Shown: positions 1 to 13,056, counted from the first letter of the stretch. The stretch: 64,000 bases of DNA from Octopus vulgaris (GCA_951406725.2 OX597816.1:40300001-40364000); one strand, 5' to 3'. Made by a program: numbers and translations. Notes: generated by a model not told the origin, from the sequence alone.

Positions 1-249
1 ATATTGATGATGATAATAAGGATGATGATAATGATGAAGATGATTATGATAACGATAATGACGTTAATAAATATAATACAAATAATAAATGTAATAACAA
101 CCATAATGGCAACAATAATAATAATGTTAACAATCATGATAGTTTCAAATTGTGGTACGAAGACAGTAATTTTTAAGGTAGTGGACTCTACAATTCAACT
201 TTTATTTATTCTTCAGATACTTAAACGATGCAAGGCAAATAATAATAAC

Positions 250-319
<70 letters not shown>
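1..319. repeat. (AAT)n microsatellite, degenerate then pure
   Basis: Direct reading; further (AAT)n tracts at 878-924, 1138-1237, 1388-1557, 3082-3185 and 31345-31480. Confidence 0.95.
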
Positions 320-322
<3 letters not shown>

Positions 323-876
323 GCCCTGATGCAGTACCAGGCAGTGGCTCTCATGGCTTCTGATCTTAACTGATTGGATGTGTTATCATGTACATTGTTT
401 TGCCTTGATATAAAAGATGGGCTACAGCAAATATTCTGCTCAATACCACATATTTGCTTGTCAGTTGTTTGACCGTAACCAGTTGAGCATGTCCCTTAGT
501 GGCTGACGATATGTGCATCTCTGATCACGAGCAGAAGTAGTGGGGGAGCATCATAGCCATGTGTTGAGAGGGATTCTTTGGGGTTTGAATGATTCACCTT
601 TGGAAACATGGGTGGTTCATTCAACATCCTTAAACAACCCTTATTCAGGGACCTTTTGAGCGGGATGGGCTACTCAACCTGAAGAAAATTCTAACTGGGC
701 CCCACCTGCAAGGTCATGTGCTGTTTATCTTGATATGAGATCACAATGTCGCGCACATATGGTTGTGATGCATGTGCCTGGTGTACCCTTATCAGACGGG
801 TAGTCATGATGGGTATACTGGGCTTCATATATTTTACCCCAGTGTAACTTTGATGGCATGAACTGCTCTCTCACTC

Positions 877-877
<1 letters not shown>
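320..877 (+). mobile_element. Unclassified ~560-bp non-coding insert inside an (AAT)n array, probably the 3' UTR of a microsatellite-targeting non-LTR retrotransposon
   Basis: Complex-sequence block with sharp (AAT)n boundaries on both sides and no long ORF. Class and strand are inferred. Confidence 0.45.
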
Positions 878-917
<40 letters not shown>

Positions 918-924
918 TAATAAT

Positions 925-1137
925 CCTTTCTACTATAGGCACACGACCTGAAATTTGTGGGGAGGGGACTAGTCGATTACATCGATCCAGTTTTTTACTG
1001 GTACTTAATTTATCGACCCCGAAAAGATGAAAGGCAAAGTCAATCTCGGCGGAATTTGAACTGAGAACTTAGCGTCGGGCGAAACACCGCTGGGTATTTC
1101 ATCCAGCGTGCTAACAATTCTGCCAGCTCGCCGCCTT
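925..1137 (-). mobile_element. tRNA-derived SINE, group A (Meta-domain-like core)
   Basis: Reverse complement of AGGCGGCGAGCTGGCAGAA...GAGTTCAAATTCCGCCGAG...CTTTGCCTTTCATC..TTCGGGGTCGATAAATTAAGTACCAG, present in many copies in the window. Confidence 0.85.
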
Positions 1138-1149
1138 AATAATAATAGT

Positions 1150-1221
<72 letters not shown>

Positions 1222-1274
1222 CATAATAATAATAATACTTTATTTCTATAAAAAAAAAATGAACGAACTAGTGA

Positions 1275-1387
1275 GTTTAGTTTAATGGCCTACCAATGTA
1301 TACTATGAGTTTCTTTGCCCTAGGAGTCGGGAAGACACTCGGCAAGAAATGGAAGCAAATTTGAAAGAAGAAGAAAAACCCATTAAC
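1275..1387 (+). mobile_element. Very short 5'-truncated R4/Dong-like 3' end
   Basis: CCCTAGGAGTCGGGAAGACACTCGG followed by an A-rich tail running into (AAT)n, resembling the end of the 1558-3081 element. Confidence 0.35.
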
Positions 1388-1422
<35 letters not shown>

Positions 1423-1448
1423 TAATAATGATAATAATGATAATAATA

Positions 1449-1541
<93 letters not shown>

Positions 1542-1557
1542 TTAATAATAATAATAA

Positions 1558-3081
1558 CTTGGTCTCGATAAAGGGAAAATGACAGAAACATGCATTGTTA
1601 ATCTTGACCAGCAGAATGTCATAAAGGAATTAGAACCAGCAGAGAGCTACAAATACCTATTGGTATTTGAAGAGGACAGAATCAAACAGTTAGTGACGAG
1701 GGAAAGGATCAGAGGAGAATGTTATCGCAGGGTAAGGGCAATACTCAAGACAGAGTTGAATGCAAGAAACAAGATCGAAGCGATCAATACTTTAGCCATA
1801 CCATTCGTGACTTTCAGTTTCAATATCATTAACTGGTCAATTACCGAAATATGTAATCTTGACAGAAAAATACGAAAATTGTTTACAATGCATAGAATGC
1901 ACCACTCTAAGGCAGATATAGAAAAAAGGGTGGCCTTGGACTTTTGTAACTGGAATTAGCAATGAAGATTGCCACAATTGACCTAGACACATACTTGAAA
2001 AACTCTGATGACTGGATGTTAAAACTTGTCTTAAAGCATGAAAACAAGAAAGCAACATACTCAGTAACAAAACAGGCAGAGGAATATCTAGGTGAATACT
2101 AAATACAACAAATTCCAGAATTAGACGTACTAGAAACAATCTCAGAAAAAAGCTAAGGCTATGAAAACCTGTGCTAAAACTGCTGCTTTAGATATTCTTA
2201 CTGATAAATGGCAAGGAAAACCTCTCAATGGCAAATACTCAAAGAGAGCTAATAGTGCCGATGTTGACAAAGCCCTTACCCATCAATGGTCAGTGTTTTC
2301 TAGCTTAAAATCAGAAACCGAAAAGTTTATCATAGTAGCCCAAGATCAATGCCTATCTACAAGAAACTACCAGCCCAACATATTAAAGGACCGCAATAGC
2401 CCAACATGTGTATGTCAACAACAAAATGGAACCATTGATCATGTTGTCTCCATTTTCAGTCTTCTTGTGCCTACAGAGTATCTCAACAGGTATGATAGAG
2501 CATCACAATATATTCACTGAGTAGTTTGCAAAAACTTGGACCTGCTCCATGATAAAAACTGGTGGGAACAAACCACCTCCAGGGCTTGAAAGTAATCACA
2601 TCTCACTCCTCTGGAACTTCACCATACAAACTGACAGAAAGATAGATGCTGACAATGTATCTGTGAAGACCTACCAAAAACTGAGCAAGTATAAATGTCT
2701 TGAAATAGAAATTGTCAAAATGTGAAACCTCAAGACTAAAGCAATACCTGTTGTTATAGGTGTTCTAGGAATGATAGCGAAAGGGGCTGATTGCTACCTA
2801 GCTCAGATACCAGGAAACCCCAAAATGGCAGAAATTCAAAAGATAGTGCTCATGGGAACTGCCCATATCCCACGTAAAATACAGTTTATGCAATCTCAAA
2901 TTTTAAAATAAACTCATAATTTTCTTATATTTTCTTAAACATTCTCTAGAACAATAATACATGCAAAACCAAATATATGACACCCTAGGCATAACACCAA
3001 CATGAACTTCTAACTTGTTGTCTTTTGAGGTCTCTGGGTGAGATTTGGAGCCAACTTATACAAAGCAAAAGTCAAACATAC
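1558..3081 (+). mobile_element. R4/Dong-clade non-LTR retrotransposon, 5'-truncated and decayed (RT C-terminus plus restriction-like endonuclease)
   Basis: ORFs 1579-1959 (YKYL...YRRVRAILKTELNARNKIEAINTLAIP...LDRKIRK) and 2161-2520 (LKSETE.FIIVAQDQCLSTRNY, degenerate CCHC); downstream frames give LLWNFTIQTDRK, IPVVIGVLG and IQKIVLMGTAHI; flanked by (AAT)n, the known Dong target. Confidence 0.9.
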
Positions 3082-3185
<104 letters not shown>

Positions 3186-3591
3186 TATTTAGAGTATGAG
3201 TTTATATGTGTATGATTTTGGAGGGGTGTTGCATAGTAGTATGTGGGTGTGTATCTCCTAAATCACCTATTTTATAGCATTTAAGTTTATCCGTCCGCCG
3301 TTCTTTTCCTTGGATTTTGTTATGAGTTCCGTTAATTATTGTTGTTGTTATTATTATTATTATTATTATGATGCTCTGATGGGCACTTTCCATACAATAA
3401 CCATCAGAGCATCATAATAATAATAATAATAACAACAATAATTAACGGAACTCATAACAAAATCCAAGGAAAAGAACGGCGGACGGATAAACTTAAATGC
3501 TATAAAATAGGTGATTTAGGAGATACACACCCACATACTACTATGCAACACCCCTCCAAAATCATACACATATAAACTCATACTCTAAATA
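3186..3591. repeat. Near-perfect inverted repeat, ~195-bp arms with 18-bp spacer
   Basis: 3186-3382 is the reverse complement of 3401-3591 apart from trinucleotide copy number; spacer GCACTTTCCATACAATAA. Confidence 0.95.
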
Positions 3592-3864
3592 CCCAACAAA
3601 ATGACCAAAACCTACAACATGTACCATAAAATTCTGATACATGACAGAAAACACAACAAGCGCTACACAAACAACACACAAGATAAAAATTAATACTACC
3701 GAAGACTTCAACAAAACCCTGTAACAAAGTGTACTGATACAATAAAATATCCCTCCCACCGGCCCAAAAATGATGCAGCACACACCACCTCATCAGCACA
3801 AAGGTGCAACAAATGATGCAATAAAAAGTGGCTTCACACTTTCTGATGTCGAGAAATAGAGGAG

Positions 3865-4249
3865 GGAAGCACTCCGTCGGTTATGACAACGAGGGTTCCG
3901 GTTGATCCGAATCATCGGAACAGCCTGCTCGTGAAATTAACGTGTAAGTGGCTGAGCATTCCACAGACACGCGTACCCTTAACGTAGTATCTCGGGGATA
4001 TTCAGCGTGACACAGAGAGTGACAAGGCCGGCCCTTTGAAATACAGGTACAACAGAAACAGGAAGTAAGAGTGAGAGAATGTTGTGGTGAAAGAGTACAG
4101 CAGGGATCACCACCATCCCCTGCCGGAGCCTCGTGGAGCTTTAGGTGTTTTCGCTCAATAAACACTCACAACGCCCAGTCTGGGAATCGAAACCGCGATC
4201 CTATGACCGCGAGTCCGCTGCCCTAACCATTGGGCAATTGCGCCTCCAC
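3865..4249 (-). mobile_element. tRNA-derived SINE, group B, full length
   Basis: Minus-strand head GTGGAGGCGCAAT.GCCCA.TGGTTAGGGC...GGTTTCGATTCCC (A/B boxes); TSD ATGTCGAGAAATA at 3846-3858 and 4251-4263. Confidence 0.92.
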
Positions 4250-4380
4250 TATGTCGAGAAATAATAGTGGTGATGACGATGATGACGAACGTTACATTAC
4301 CTCAGTTTATGAGAGAAGTTTCTGAAAAAACTCTGGTTGTAACAGCGAAAATGAGGCTGGATATTTAAGTGAAGGCCTCT

Positions 4381-4637
4381 CATCATCATCATCATCATCA
4401 TCATTGTTTGACCGTGGTCGAGACAATGGAATTTACCATGCTACGCCAGACTTCACGGTCCATCATGGCATTACGGAGGTCCTGTTGCTGGATGCCTGTA
4501 TCCCTGGAAATTACATCAGGGTAGGAGAGTGTGCGCCCTCTGGTATTGCGAGTAGATGGCTTCCAGAGGAGAAGAGTAGAAATTGCCTCGTTTTCAGCTC
4601 TACAACAATGTCCAGCAAACTGGACTCTCCTACCTTT
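4381..4637 (-). mobile_element. RTE/RTE-X LINE 3' fragment with (GAT)n tail
   Basis: Minus-strand translation KGRRVQFAGHCCRAENEAISTLLLWKPS...RGRTLSYPDVISRDTG...AMMDREVWRSMV* then (GAT)n. Confidence 0.8.
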
Positions 4638-4639
4638 CT

Positions 4640-6960
4640 AGCAGGCCTCTCACTCGGCAGTGGAACAGTAAAGATGCAGACTGATCACAGTTGCCATCCT
4701 AATACAGCATCAGCAGATAATAGAGCAAGGAGGAGGAAGTAGAACAGCGAAGAAAAGAGGATAGTGATACAGTGCTACTTAGAAAGTGAACCTAAAAGAA
4801 GGGACTATAGAAAACGGATGTTCCTACTTTGGGGAGAGAAGGGTATGTTTAAAGTGACTGAGCAGAGATAAGTAGATAGCGCTAATGCTATTAGGAGAAG
4901 AACGTAAATGACAGAATTGGACGTAGAAGAGGTCACAAGAGAACTGGAAAAGAAAGACCAGGCAGTGAGAAAGACAAACAAGAACATAAGAGATACATCT
5001 CAACCTTAAGAAGAGCCCAAAGGAAAAATAATAATAGTGTTACTAATAAGGAAGGAACAACTGGCTTAAGTGATTTAAGTGAGGAAGATCAGAAGACTTT
5101 AGATGTGTTGCAGGAAGTAATGAGTAAAGAAGAAAAAGAGTGTGAGCATTAAAAGACATCAACTGAAGGAAGCTACAAGAAATGACTAGGAAAGCAGAGT
5201 CTGTTATCAGGACGATAGATACTAAAAATATAGAAGACACTAGTTAGTAGTCATCAGAGGATTACATATCTCACAGGGAAATATTAAAAAAGAGCAAATG
5301 TGGAAAAGGAGACTACGAAATAATGGGAAGACTTTAAGACAAGATCTGATTAAAATAGAAACCTGGGTACTGGCAAAGAAATTCAGTCGTTTACATGGGA
5401 GGCTGAGCAGACAACTTCAGGATTGCCTTAATGGAGGAATAATACCAGATTGGATGACTAGAAGGAGGACAATACTCATTATGAAACATAAGAGCACTTA
5501 CCATTAGTGTGGAAGCTGTTAAGATTTAGATTCCTTGATACAGACCGTAAGACTCTTCAGTAAAGATATAGGCATGGAATTTGGCATAGATAAGTGTGCA
5601 ATATTAGTCATGAGAAGGAGACAGCAGCGAAGGCTTCCAATTACTAGATGGCCAGACATTAAAATCATTGAAAGGGGGAGAGAGTTATAAGTATCTAAGA
5701 GTATTAGAATCTGGCAGAGTACTAACTACCGAAATAAAAACGAAAATTGAGAAATATTACATCAGAACGATGAGGAAGCTAATGCAGTCAAAGCTGAATG
5801 GTCCGAATCTAGTGAAGGCTGTAAATACTTGGGCAGTATCATTACTTAGATACATCTTTTGTAGATTGGACAAAAACTGAATTAACAAAACTAGACAGAA
5901 AAATTAGGAAGGAATTCAATATGAATGGAGATTTCTACCCAAGGACAGGAGTAGCAAGATTATACCTGCCAAGAAAGGAAGGTAGAAGAGGGTTAATATC
6001 AGTGGAAAACTGCGTAGAGTAGATACAGACTCCTATGTAGGTAATAGTGAAGAAAGTTTATTAAAAGCTGCTAGACTTACAGTTAGACATAGGGAAACCA
6101 AAATACCAAACGAACTTAAGCCAGACCCCCCCCCCCCGAAATTATCTGATTGGCAGGAGAAAGCGTTGCATAGTAGATAGTTTCAGCAAATAGTAGTAGC
6201 GAGACATGGTTACGGCTGCAGAAGGGAAAGCTGAAGAGGGAGACAGAAAGTTCGTTAGTAGCTACACACGATCAAACATTAAGGACTAATTGGATAAAAG
6301 CCAAAATAGACAAAAACGAAGATTCCCAATGCAAATCAAAAGAGGAAAGCGTTACTCATATAGTAAGTGAAGGTAGCATACTGCCAGAGAAAGAATACAA
6401 GAAAAGATATGTCAATCTAGGAAGAGGAATCCACTGGAAGCTTTATCGAAAGCTAGGAACTGAACATACTGATAAATGGTATGAGCATGAACCTATTAAA
6501 GTACTAATAAGTAAGAAGTAAAATATAGTGTGGGACTTTAACATTGAGGTTGACAGAAAGCCTGATTTGGTAGTAGTAAATAAAAAGAATAGAAAGTGCC
6601 AGATAATTGACTTTACAGCCCCGAATGATGAAAAAGTTAATATGAAAAGTATAGAAACATAGCAAAGTACCAGGACCTAACTATTGAATTACAGAGACTG
6701 GAAAGTGCGGGTAAAATGCATCCCACTGGTTATAGGTGCATTAGGATCTAAACAGATGGATAGAGGAAATAGGTATGACATCCAGTTTAGTACAGCTGCA
6801 GAAAACAGTGCTATTAGGGACAGCTAGGATACTTAGGAGTGTTCTTGGTATCTAAAGCAACTTGTTGCCCGATGTTAGGATTCTTTTCTTTTCCAGCAGT
6901 CTAATCTGCTGAGTGCATATGACTACTACTACTACTGCTACTACTACTACTACTACTACT
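4640..6960 (+). mobile_element. R4-clade non-LTR retrotransposon, second family, internally deleted, (TAC)n tail
   Basis: N-terminal IVIQCYLESEPKRRDYRKRM..W...GMFKVTEQR, then IPDWMT, GMEFGIDKCA, YKYL.VLE, KLNGPNLVKAVNTWAV, RKPDLVVV..K...CQIIDF, LQKTVLLGTARILRSVLGI*; ends in (TAC)n. Confidence 0.88.
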
Positions 6961-6961
6961 T

Positions 6962-7213
6962 GAAGCACTCCGTCGGTTCCGACGGTAGGGTTCCGGTTGA
7001 TCCGAATCAACGGAACAGAAACAGGAAGTAAGAGTGAGAGAAAGTTGTGGGGAAAGAGTACAGCAGGGATCACCACCACCCCCTGCCGGAGCCTCGTAGA
7101 GCTTTTAGGTGTTTTCGCTCAATAAACACTCACAACGTCCGGTCTGGGAATCGAAACCGCGATCCTATGATCGCGAGTCCGCTGCCCTAACCACTGGGCC
7201 ATTGCGCCTCCAC
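6962..7213 (-). mobile_element. SINE group B, internally deleted
   Basis: Same head and tail as 3865-4249 with ~130 bp lost between two AACAG microhomologies. Confidence 0.9.
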
Positions 7214-7404
7214 ACTACTACTAATATCCTAATTCAATTATTGTACTATTATTTTCTAAAAACAATGATCATACGAAAATAGCGGAATAACATGGGCTAT
7301 CTTAACATAATGTGTTCAATACGTTTTTTTTTACATAAGCATACAGACACATACGTGCGTGTGCGCACACACGCACACACGCACACACACATACGGATAC
7401 ATAG

Positions 7405-7406
7405 TA

Positions 7407-7499
<93 letters not shown>

Positions 7500-7512
7500 C
7501 TCTATCTATCTC

Positions 7513-7594
<82 letters not shown>

Positions 7595-8086
7595 TATACG
7601 TATATATATATGAATATATACACACGACACACACATACATATATGTATATATACATGTATGCATATATGCATTCACACATCCAAAATGCAGGAGTGAAGT
7701 CTATCGTAATCTATTTAGAAATGTTACTAGCACCTTAATTTGATTTCAAGGTGTCGACATGTTTCTTACACCTACGTTCAGGAGATGGTAAAGTGCTACC
7801 CAAAATGATTTCTTCAATGTCGTGCAGGAACATGAAAGTCGAGTAAAGCATTGAAAAGATTTCATTTTATTATGTATAACATTTGTATGTGTACGTGTGT
7901 GTGTATGTGTGTATATACATATACATATACATACATATATCTATATCTATCTATCTACTTTTTTCTTTTTCCATCTTCGAAAAGAAAAGCTCTACATTTG
8001 TTTTTGTCCCCTCTGTATTCAAGCCTGTGTGGCCAATAAAGAAAGTTATCTATCTATCTATCTATATATCTATCTATCTATCTATA

Positions 8087-8153
<67 letters not shown>

Positions 8154-8158
8154 GTATA

Positions 8159-8193
<35 letters not shown>

Positions 8194-8244
8194 GTGTGTG
8201 TCTGTCTGTCTGTCTGCCTATCTATCTGTCTGTCTGTGTGTGTG

Positions 8245-8333
<89 letters not shown>

Positions 8334-8400
8334 ATCTATATATATATATACAATTATTTATGTATGTATATATGTATGTATATATGTTATACATACATAA
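7405..8400. repeat. Compound (TATC)n/(TGTC)n/(TA)n/(CA)n microsatellite region
   Basis: Direct reading; the source of the YLSI-repeat pseudo-ORFs. Confidence 0.95.
7960..8046 (+). mobile_element. Short retroelement 3' end inserted in (TATC)n
   Basis: AAAAGAAAAGCTCTAC...TTGTCCCCTCTGTATTCAAGCCTGTGTGGCCAATAAAGAAA, homologous to 13265-13330 and 36241-36263, TATC repeats on both sides. Confidence 0.7.
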
Positions 8401-8895
8401 ATATGTATATATATTTGTTAAAGAGGACAGCCAACACTAAGGTGAGACAAGCATCTCAAGTCATATGCGTTATTATTATTAGAAAGATTTTAAGTCTTAC
8501 AGCTGTTTCTGGGATATCCCAGTGTATGAGATATTCCGTCATCGGAGACAAATAGGGAAAATTTGAAGGGTATAGATTAAGGAAACGATGGAATAAAGGA
8601 GTGGAGAAATAATGTGATAAAGAAATGAAGAAAAAAAGAAACATATAAGTTCACTGTTCAATTTACCGATAGCTTAGATGCTAGTCCATAAACCTTTAGG
8701 TTCAATCCTATGTAAGTCCGGGTATGATTGTAGCCTTAAGAGTGTAAATATCCAGAGAGAAACGCGACCATATTGATGCTTCGTAAGTGAATGATAGCAG
8801 AAGGGGTTATTGAGGGATAAAGAGAAAGAAAAGTAAATAGAAAGAGGGAGCGTTATCGACAGGGAAGCTGAAGGTACAGATATATATACAGATAA

Positions 8896-9131
8896 AGGAG
8901 GCGAGCTGGCAGAAGCGTTAGCACGTCGGGCGAAATGCTAAGCGGTATTTCGTCTGCCATTACGTTCTGAGTTCAAATTCCGCCGAGGTTGACTTTGCCT
9001 TTCATCCTTTCGGGGTCGATAAATTAAGTACCAGTTACGCACTGGGGTCGATGTAATCGACTTAATCTGTTTGTCTGTCCTTGTTTGTCCCCTCTATGTT
9101 TAGCCCCTCGTGGGTAATAATGAAATAGGTA
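8896..9131 (+). mobile_element. SINE group A, full length
   Basis: Head, B box GAGTTCAAATTCC, core and tail ending GAAATAGGTA; flanking repeat AGGTACAGATATATATA. Confidence 0.92.
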
Positions 9132-9132
9132 C

Positions 9133-9203
<71 letters not shown>

Positions 9204-9304
9204 GAATGCAATTGACAGGTCGTTGGCGATTGGTAGGAAGAATACAATACGGAATACAAAAATATAACGTATAAAAATGAACAAGAAAATAAATGTATAA
9301 ATAT

Positions 9305-9690
9305 TGTTGGCATCTTTTTGTCTCAGGAGACAATGGAGTTCCGCATAAACTAATCCAATCTGGTTTTTACCTTTCATGTCCTCTCCAGTTCTGCACAGGC
9401 CTGGGCTAGATGTAAGAAAATCCTGGGTAGCCCAATCTTCAGGATTCCTCTCTCGACCTTGCTGACGTAGTCCAAAGGAGTGCAGAGCATTACGTTTGGC
9501 ATCAGCTTGGTTGCAGGAGCTGCCGGGAGAGTGTCGAGTCGAACACTAAACCGCCCACGGAGCTCCACTCTGGATTTCTTTGAAGGTTGTCTCCTTTCCG
9601 TAACCCTGGATAGGGGCCCATACCAGGTACTGTCAGCCGGAGCCAGCTGAGCCTGGGCCTAGTGTCAAGCAGGGTCGTCACTCCCTGAAG
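9305..9690 (-). mobile_element. Non-autonomous bipartite RTE derivative (5' UTR-like part fused to RTE 3' end)
   Basis: 9305-9381 matches the RTE 3' terminus at 22268-22345; the remainder is GC-rich, non-coding and resembles RTE 5' UTRs (GGCAGCTCCTGCAACCAAGCTGATGCCAAACG on minus). Confidence 0.65.
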
Positions 9691-9927
9691 TAGTGAAGAA
9701 AATCACTACCCACTACCTACAAAATAAATATACAAAGGTAAATAAGGAGACAGAAGGAAGGTAAAGGAAGATAAAGTAGAAAATAATAAGTAAAGTAAAA
9801 TAAAATGAAAGGGATTTACACTACGAAGGCTATACCTGGATTTACATAGGATTGTACCCAAAGATTTATGGACTAGCATCTACACTATCGGAAAATTGAG
9901 CGCTTACCTAGCGTACCTAGTCGTTTC

Positions 9928-10781
9928 GGATCTTTGATGTTGTCGTCACTGTTTACAATTTTGTTCCAATTAGTTTAAAATTCGGTAAATGGATTAAGTT
10001 TTGTATAGTAATTATGAAAATGAAATTCATTTTCCGTATAAATCCATAATTAAAAAGTTATGAGCCTTTAAAATTTGTAAAATTTGGGTATTTTAGCCAA
10101 TCTGAAATGAGTATTTTAGACATCACCGTGGCGAAGAAGTCTGTTTCTATATTAAACAAAGCAAAGAAGCACCACGCGTTCCATAGCTGATTGCGAAGAA
10201 GTTTGTTTCTATAGTAACCAAAGATGCTGCGCATGCGCACAAGGAGACTACCGACCACTTGTTCAATAATTGTTTGTTTTCATAACAAACGGGACTCAAG
10301 CTCAACAAATTGAAAGTACCTGGGCATGGTTGACTCTTATATTTATGAATTTATGTGGAGAAACAGATACGAGAAAGATAATTTATTTTATAAAATCTTA
10401 GAGTGTATTGCAAACTTTGATTCTTGAAGTTTTAAAAACTAATAAATGTCTGTTTTAAACAATGTTTTGACTGTTATTTTTTGTAACTCCTGTTGCCTTG
10501 TTCGTAGTTTTTAAATATTTAATTTGCTCACGTAGCTAGTTTATTGTTTTGACAAGCCGATGCCCCTCCCCGCTGATGATGGAAGAGGCAGCGAACGCAC
10601 TGTTTTCTGATTGGCTGAAAATTCTGAAAATTATCAAATTTTTACACCTGTAACACTTTTGCAAACATTTTCTGGAATAAATAAATATCAAATTCGGATT
10701 CAGCGTCAAAAATTAAATTTATATGAGACATTAAAATATTTTTTTAATAATTGTAAACAGTGACGAAAACTACAACGATCC
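9928..10781. mobile_element. Non-autonomous DNA transposon (MITE-like) with ~33-bp TIRs
   Basis: Left GGATCTTTGATGTTGTCGTCACTGTTTACAATT vs reverse complement of right GGATCGTTGTAGTTTTCGTCACTGTTTACAATT; sub-terminal inverted AGCCAATC / GATTGGCT. Confidence 0.75.
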
Positions 10782-10789
10782 CCATATTT

Positions 10790-11034
<245 letters not shown>

Positions 11035-11443
11035 AGGCGTAGGAGTGGCTGTGTGGTAAGTAGCTTGCTTACGAACTACATGGTTCCGGGTTCAGTCCCA
11101 CTGCGGGGCACGTTGGGGAAGTGTCTTCTACTATAGCCTCGAGCCGACCAAAGTCTTGTTAGTGGATTTGGTAGACGGAAACTGAAAGAAACTCGTCGTA
11201 TATATATATATATATATTTATCTATATGTATGTACGTGTGTGTATATGTTTGTGTGTCTGTGTTTGTCCCCCCAACATCGCTTGACAACCGATGGTGGTG
11301 TGTTTATGTCCCCGGCAAAAGAGACCGATACAATAAGTACTAGGCTTACAAAGAATAAGTCCTGGGGTCGATTTGCTCGACTAAAGGCGGTGCTCCAGCA
11401 TGGCTACAGTCAAATGACTGAAACAAGTAAAAGAGTAAAAGAG
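11035..11443 (+). mobile_element. tRNA-derived SINE, group C, with internal (TA)n/(TG)n and (TAAAAGAG)n tail
   Basis: AGGCGTAGGAGTGGCTGTGTGGTAAG...GGTTCAGTCCC head; GTGGATTTGGTAGACGGAAACTGAAAGAA; tail GACTGAAACAAGTAAAAGAG. Confidence 0.92.
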
Positions 11444-11454
11444 TATATATACAT

Positions 11455-11650
11455 ACTAGGAGTGGACCTGAAAGGGTCTTGGCTTTAAGAGTATCGCGAA
11501 AGAGCTGGTTGGAAGTCTAACCTTCTCAGTTCTTTCACAATGCTTAAAAAAACTGAAGTGTGTGAATCTGAGAGGGGAATATGTTGAATGAACTCACAAT
11601 TAACTGATCCTCCTGTATTTTCTTTTACCCAGGAACTCTTCAACCCCTCT

Positions 11651-11655
<5 letters not shown>
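11455..11655 (+). mobile_element. Mariner-derived MITE (irritans-like), degenerate
   Basis: Keeps the transposase C-terminus KCVNLRGEYVE*; degenerate TIRs and TA flanks. Confidence 0.6.
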
Positions 11656-11692
<37 letters not shown>

Positions 11693-12214
11693 TAAATTTA
11701 ACACAATAAAAGATTTTCTTGGTAAAATGTAACGATGTCGCAGTTTGCTTTATTGCATTGTGTGATTCTTTACTTAAGATTTGATAGGTTTTATATACGA
11801 GGTTAAGCGAAACGTTTGTTTCAGTAATATATCAAAACAAAAATAGGGTCCTTCTTCCTGCAGCTCGCTAGCTTGCTTACAGCTGTGGCCAAAAGTTTGG
11901 AACATTTAAAAAAAAAATTAATATTGTTATGCTGAAGTACACTTCGATTCAAATATATACAACGTAAAGATATACTTACCTAATAGTTTTCAGACCTATG
12001 TTTCGAACGTTTGAAGAAGTAATAATATATTGCAAATTAAGTATAACTTTGGACGTTTACTATAAAAAATTCTATTTTTCAGACCTATTGTGCATTGGCA
12101 TACAACAGTAATACCTGCTTCGACAATGGACCTTGGCCTTACGTATGAATTACTGGTTTTAGTTTGTTGACCAGCATTTCCCTTTAGCAGACACTAGTGA
12201 CTTTAGACTACTTT

Positions 12215-12900
12215 TCTAGCTAACGTTGATCCTTTTGCGTCGCCAAAGCAGTTAACCCCACTTTTCTGCGGAAGGATGAGTTTTGAATTTCTTTTTCACA
12301 GGAGATCCCGGATTTTCTACTCCCAACTCTACCTTCTGAATTTTAACTCAAAGTGAAGCACCCGGGTCTAATCATTTCTTACCATTCTCTCCAAAACTAA
12401 TTCGGCATCATCGTTGTAGCTATTGAATAAGCGTTGGCAGATTTCTACACGATTGCGCTTGTGCGCTTTGATTAGCCCTCTAGGCAGCCATCTCGCACAG
12501 AATTTACGAAAGCGAAGCTTGTCGTGGATGATTTTGTCAGCAGAACCATGACAAATCTGCAGAGAATATGCCAGCTCATAGATGGTCTCTCGTCAGTTCA
12601 CCAGTGCCTTCTTTCGAGTTTGCTGTCTAGTGATGGTCATTGATGGGTCTTCTTCCCCCTCTTCGTTCTTCACGCTTCTCTGGCAATTTTTAAACTTCTC
12701 CATTCACTCATACACACGTCTACGCGTTGAGCACTGTTCCCATATTGAAAATCTGCCTGGAATTTCGGACCACGGTTGTCTGTTCTGCCTTGGTGCACAA
12801 AGTCAGCACGGAATGGCCACGTTTGCTCTGTAAACACAAGAATAAAAAAAACCCGGAGTGATCAAGACGAAACCTCGGTTCCCATCTTTTAGCAAGCGAG
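12215..12900 (-). mobile_element. Mariner transposase relic, N-terminal half
   Basis: Minus strand reads TIYELAYSLQICHGSADKIIHDKLRFRKFCARWLPRGL...KRNRVEICQRL (WVPR-type motif), then a decayed VTGDETW region. Confidence 0.8.
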
Positions 12901-12974
12901 CGCTATGTATGTATGTATGTATGTATGTATGTATGTATGTATGTATGTATGTATGTATGTATGTATGTATTTAT

Positions 12975-13056
<82 letters not shown>

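Noticed and set aside
3865-4249. tRNA-like A and B boxes in many repeats
   Set aside because: These are SINE heads followed by SINE bodies and TSDs, not complete tRNA genes.
7292-8555. Long ORFs rich in YLSI, YIYI, VCLS or poly-N/poly-I here and throughout the window
   Set aside because: Translations of (TATC)n, (AT)n, (TGTC)n and (AAT)n repeats, open in several frames, with no coding signal.
11980-12090. Minus-strand CTGAAAA...GAAACATAGGTC as a possible hammerhead
   Set aside because: The core deviates and no stem I or II can be formed; it is better explained by a short repeat TTTTCAGACCTAT.
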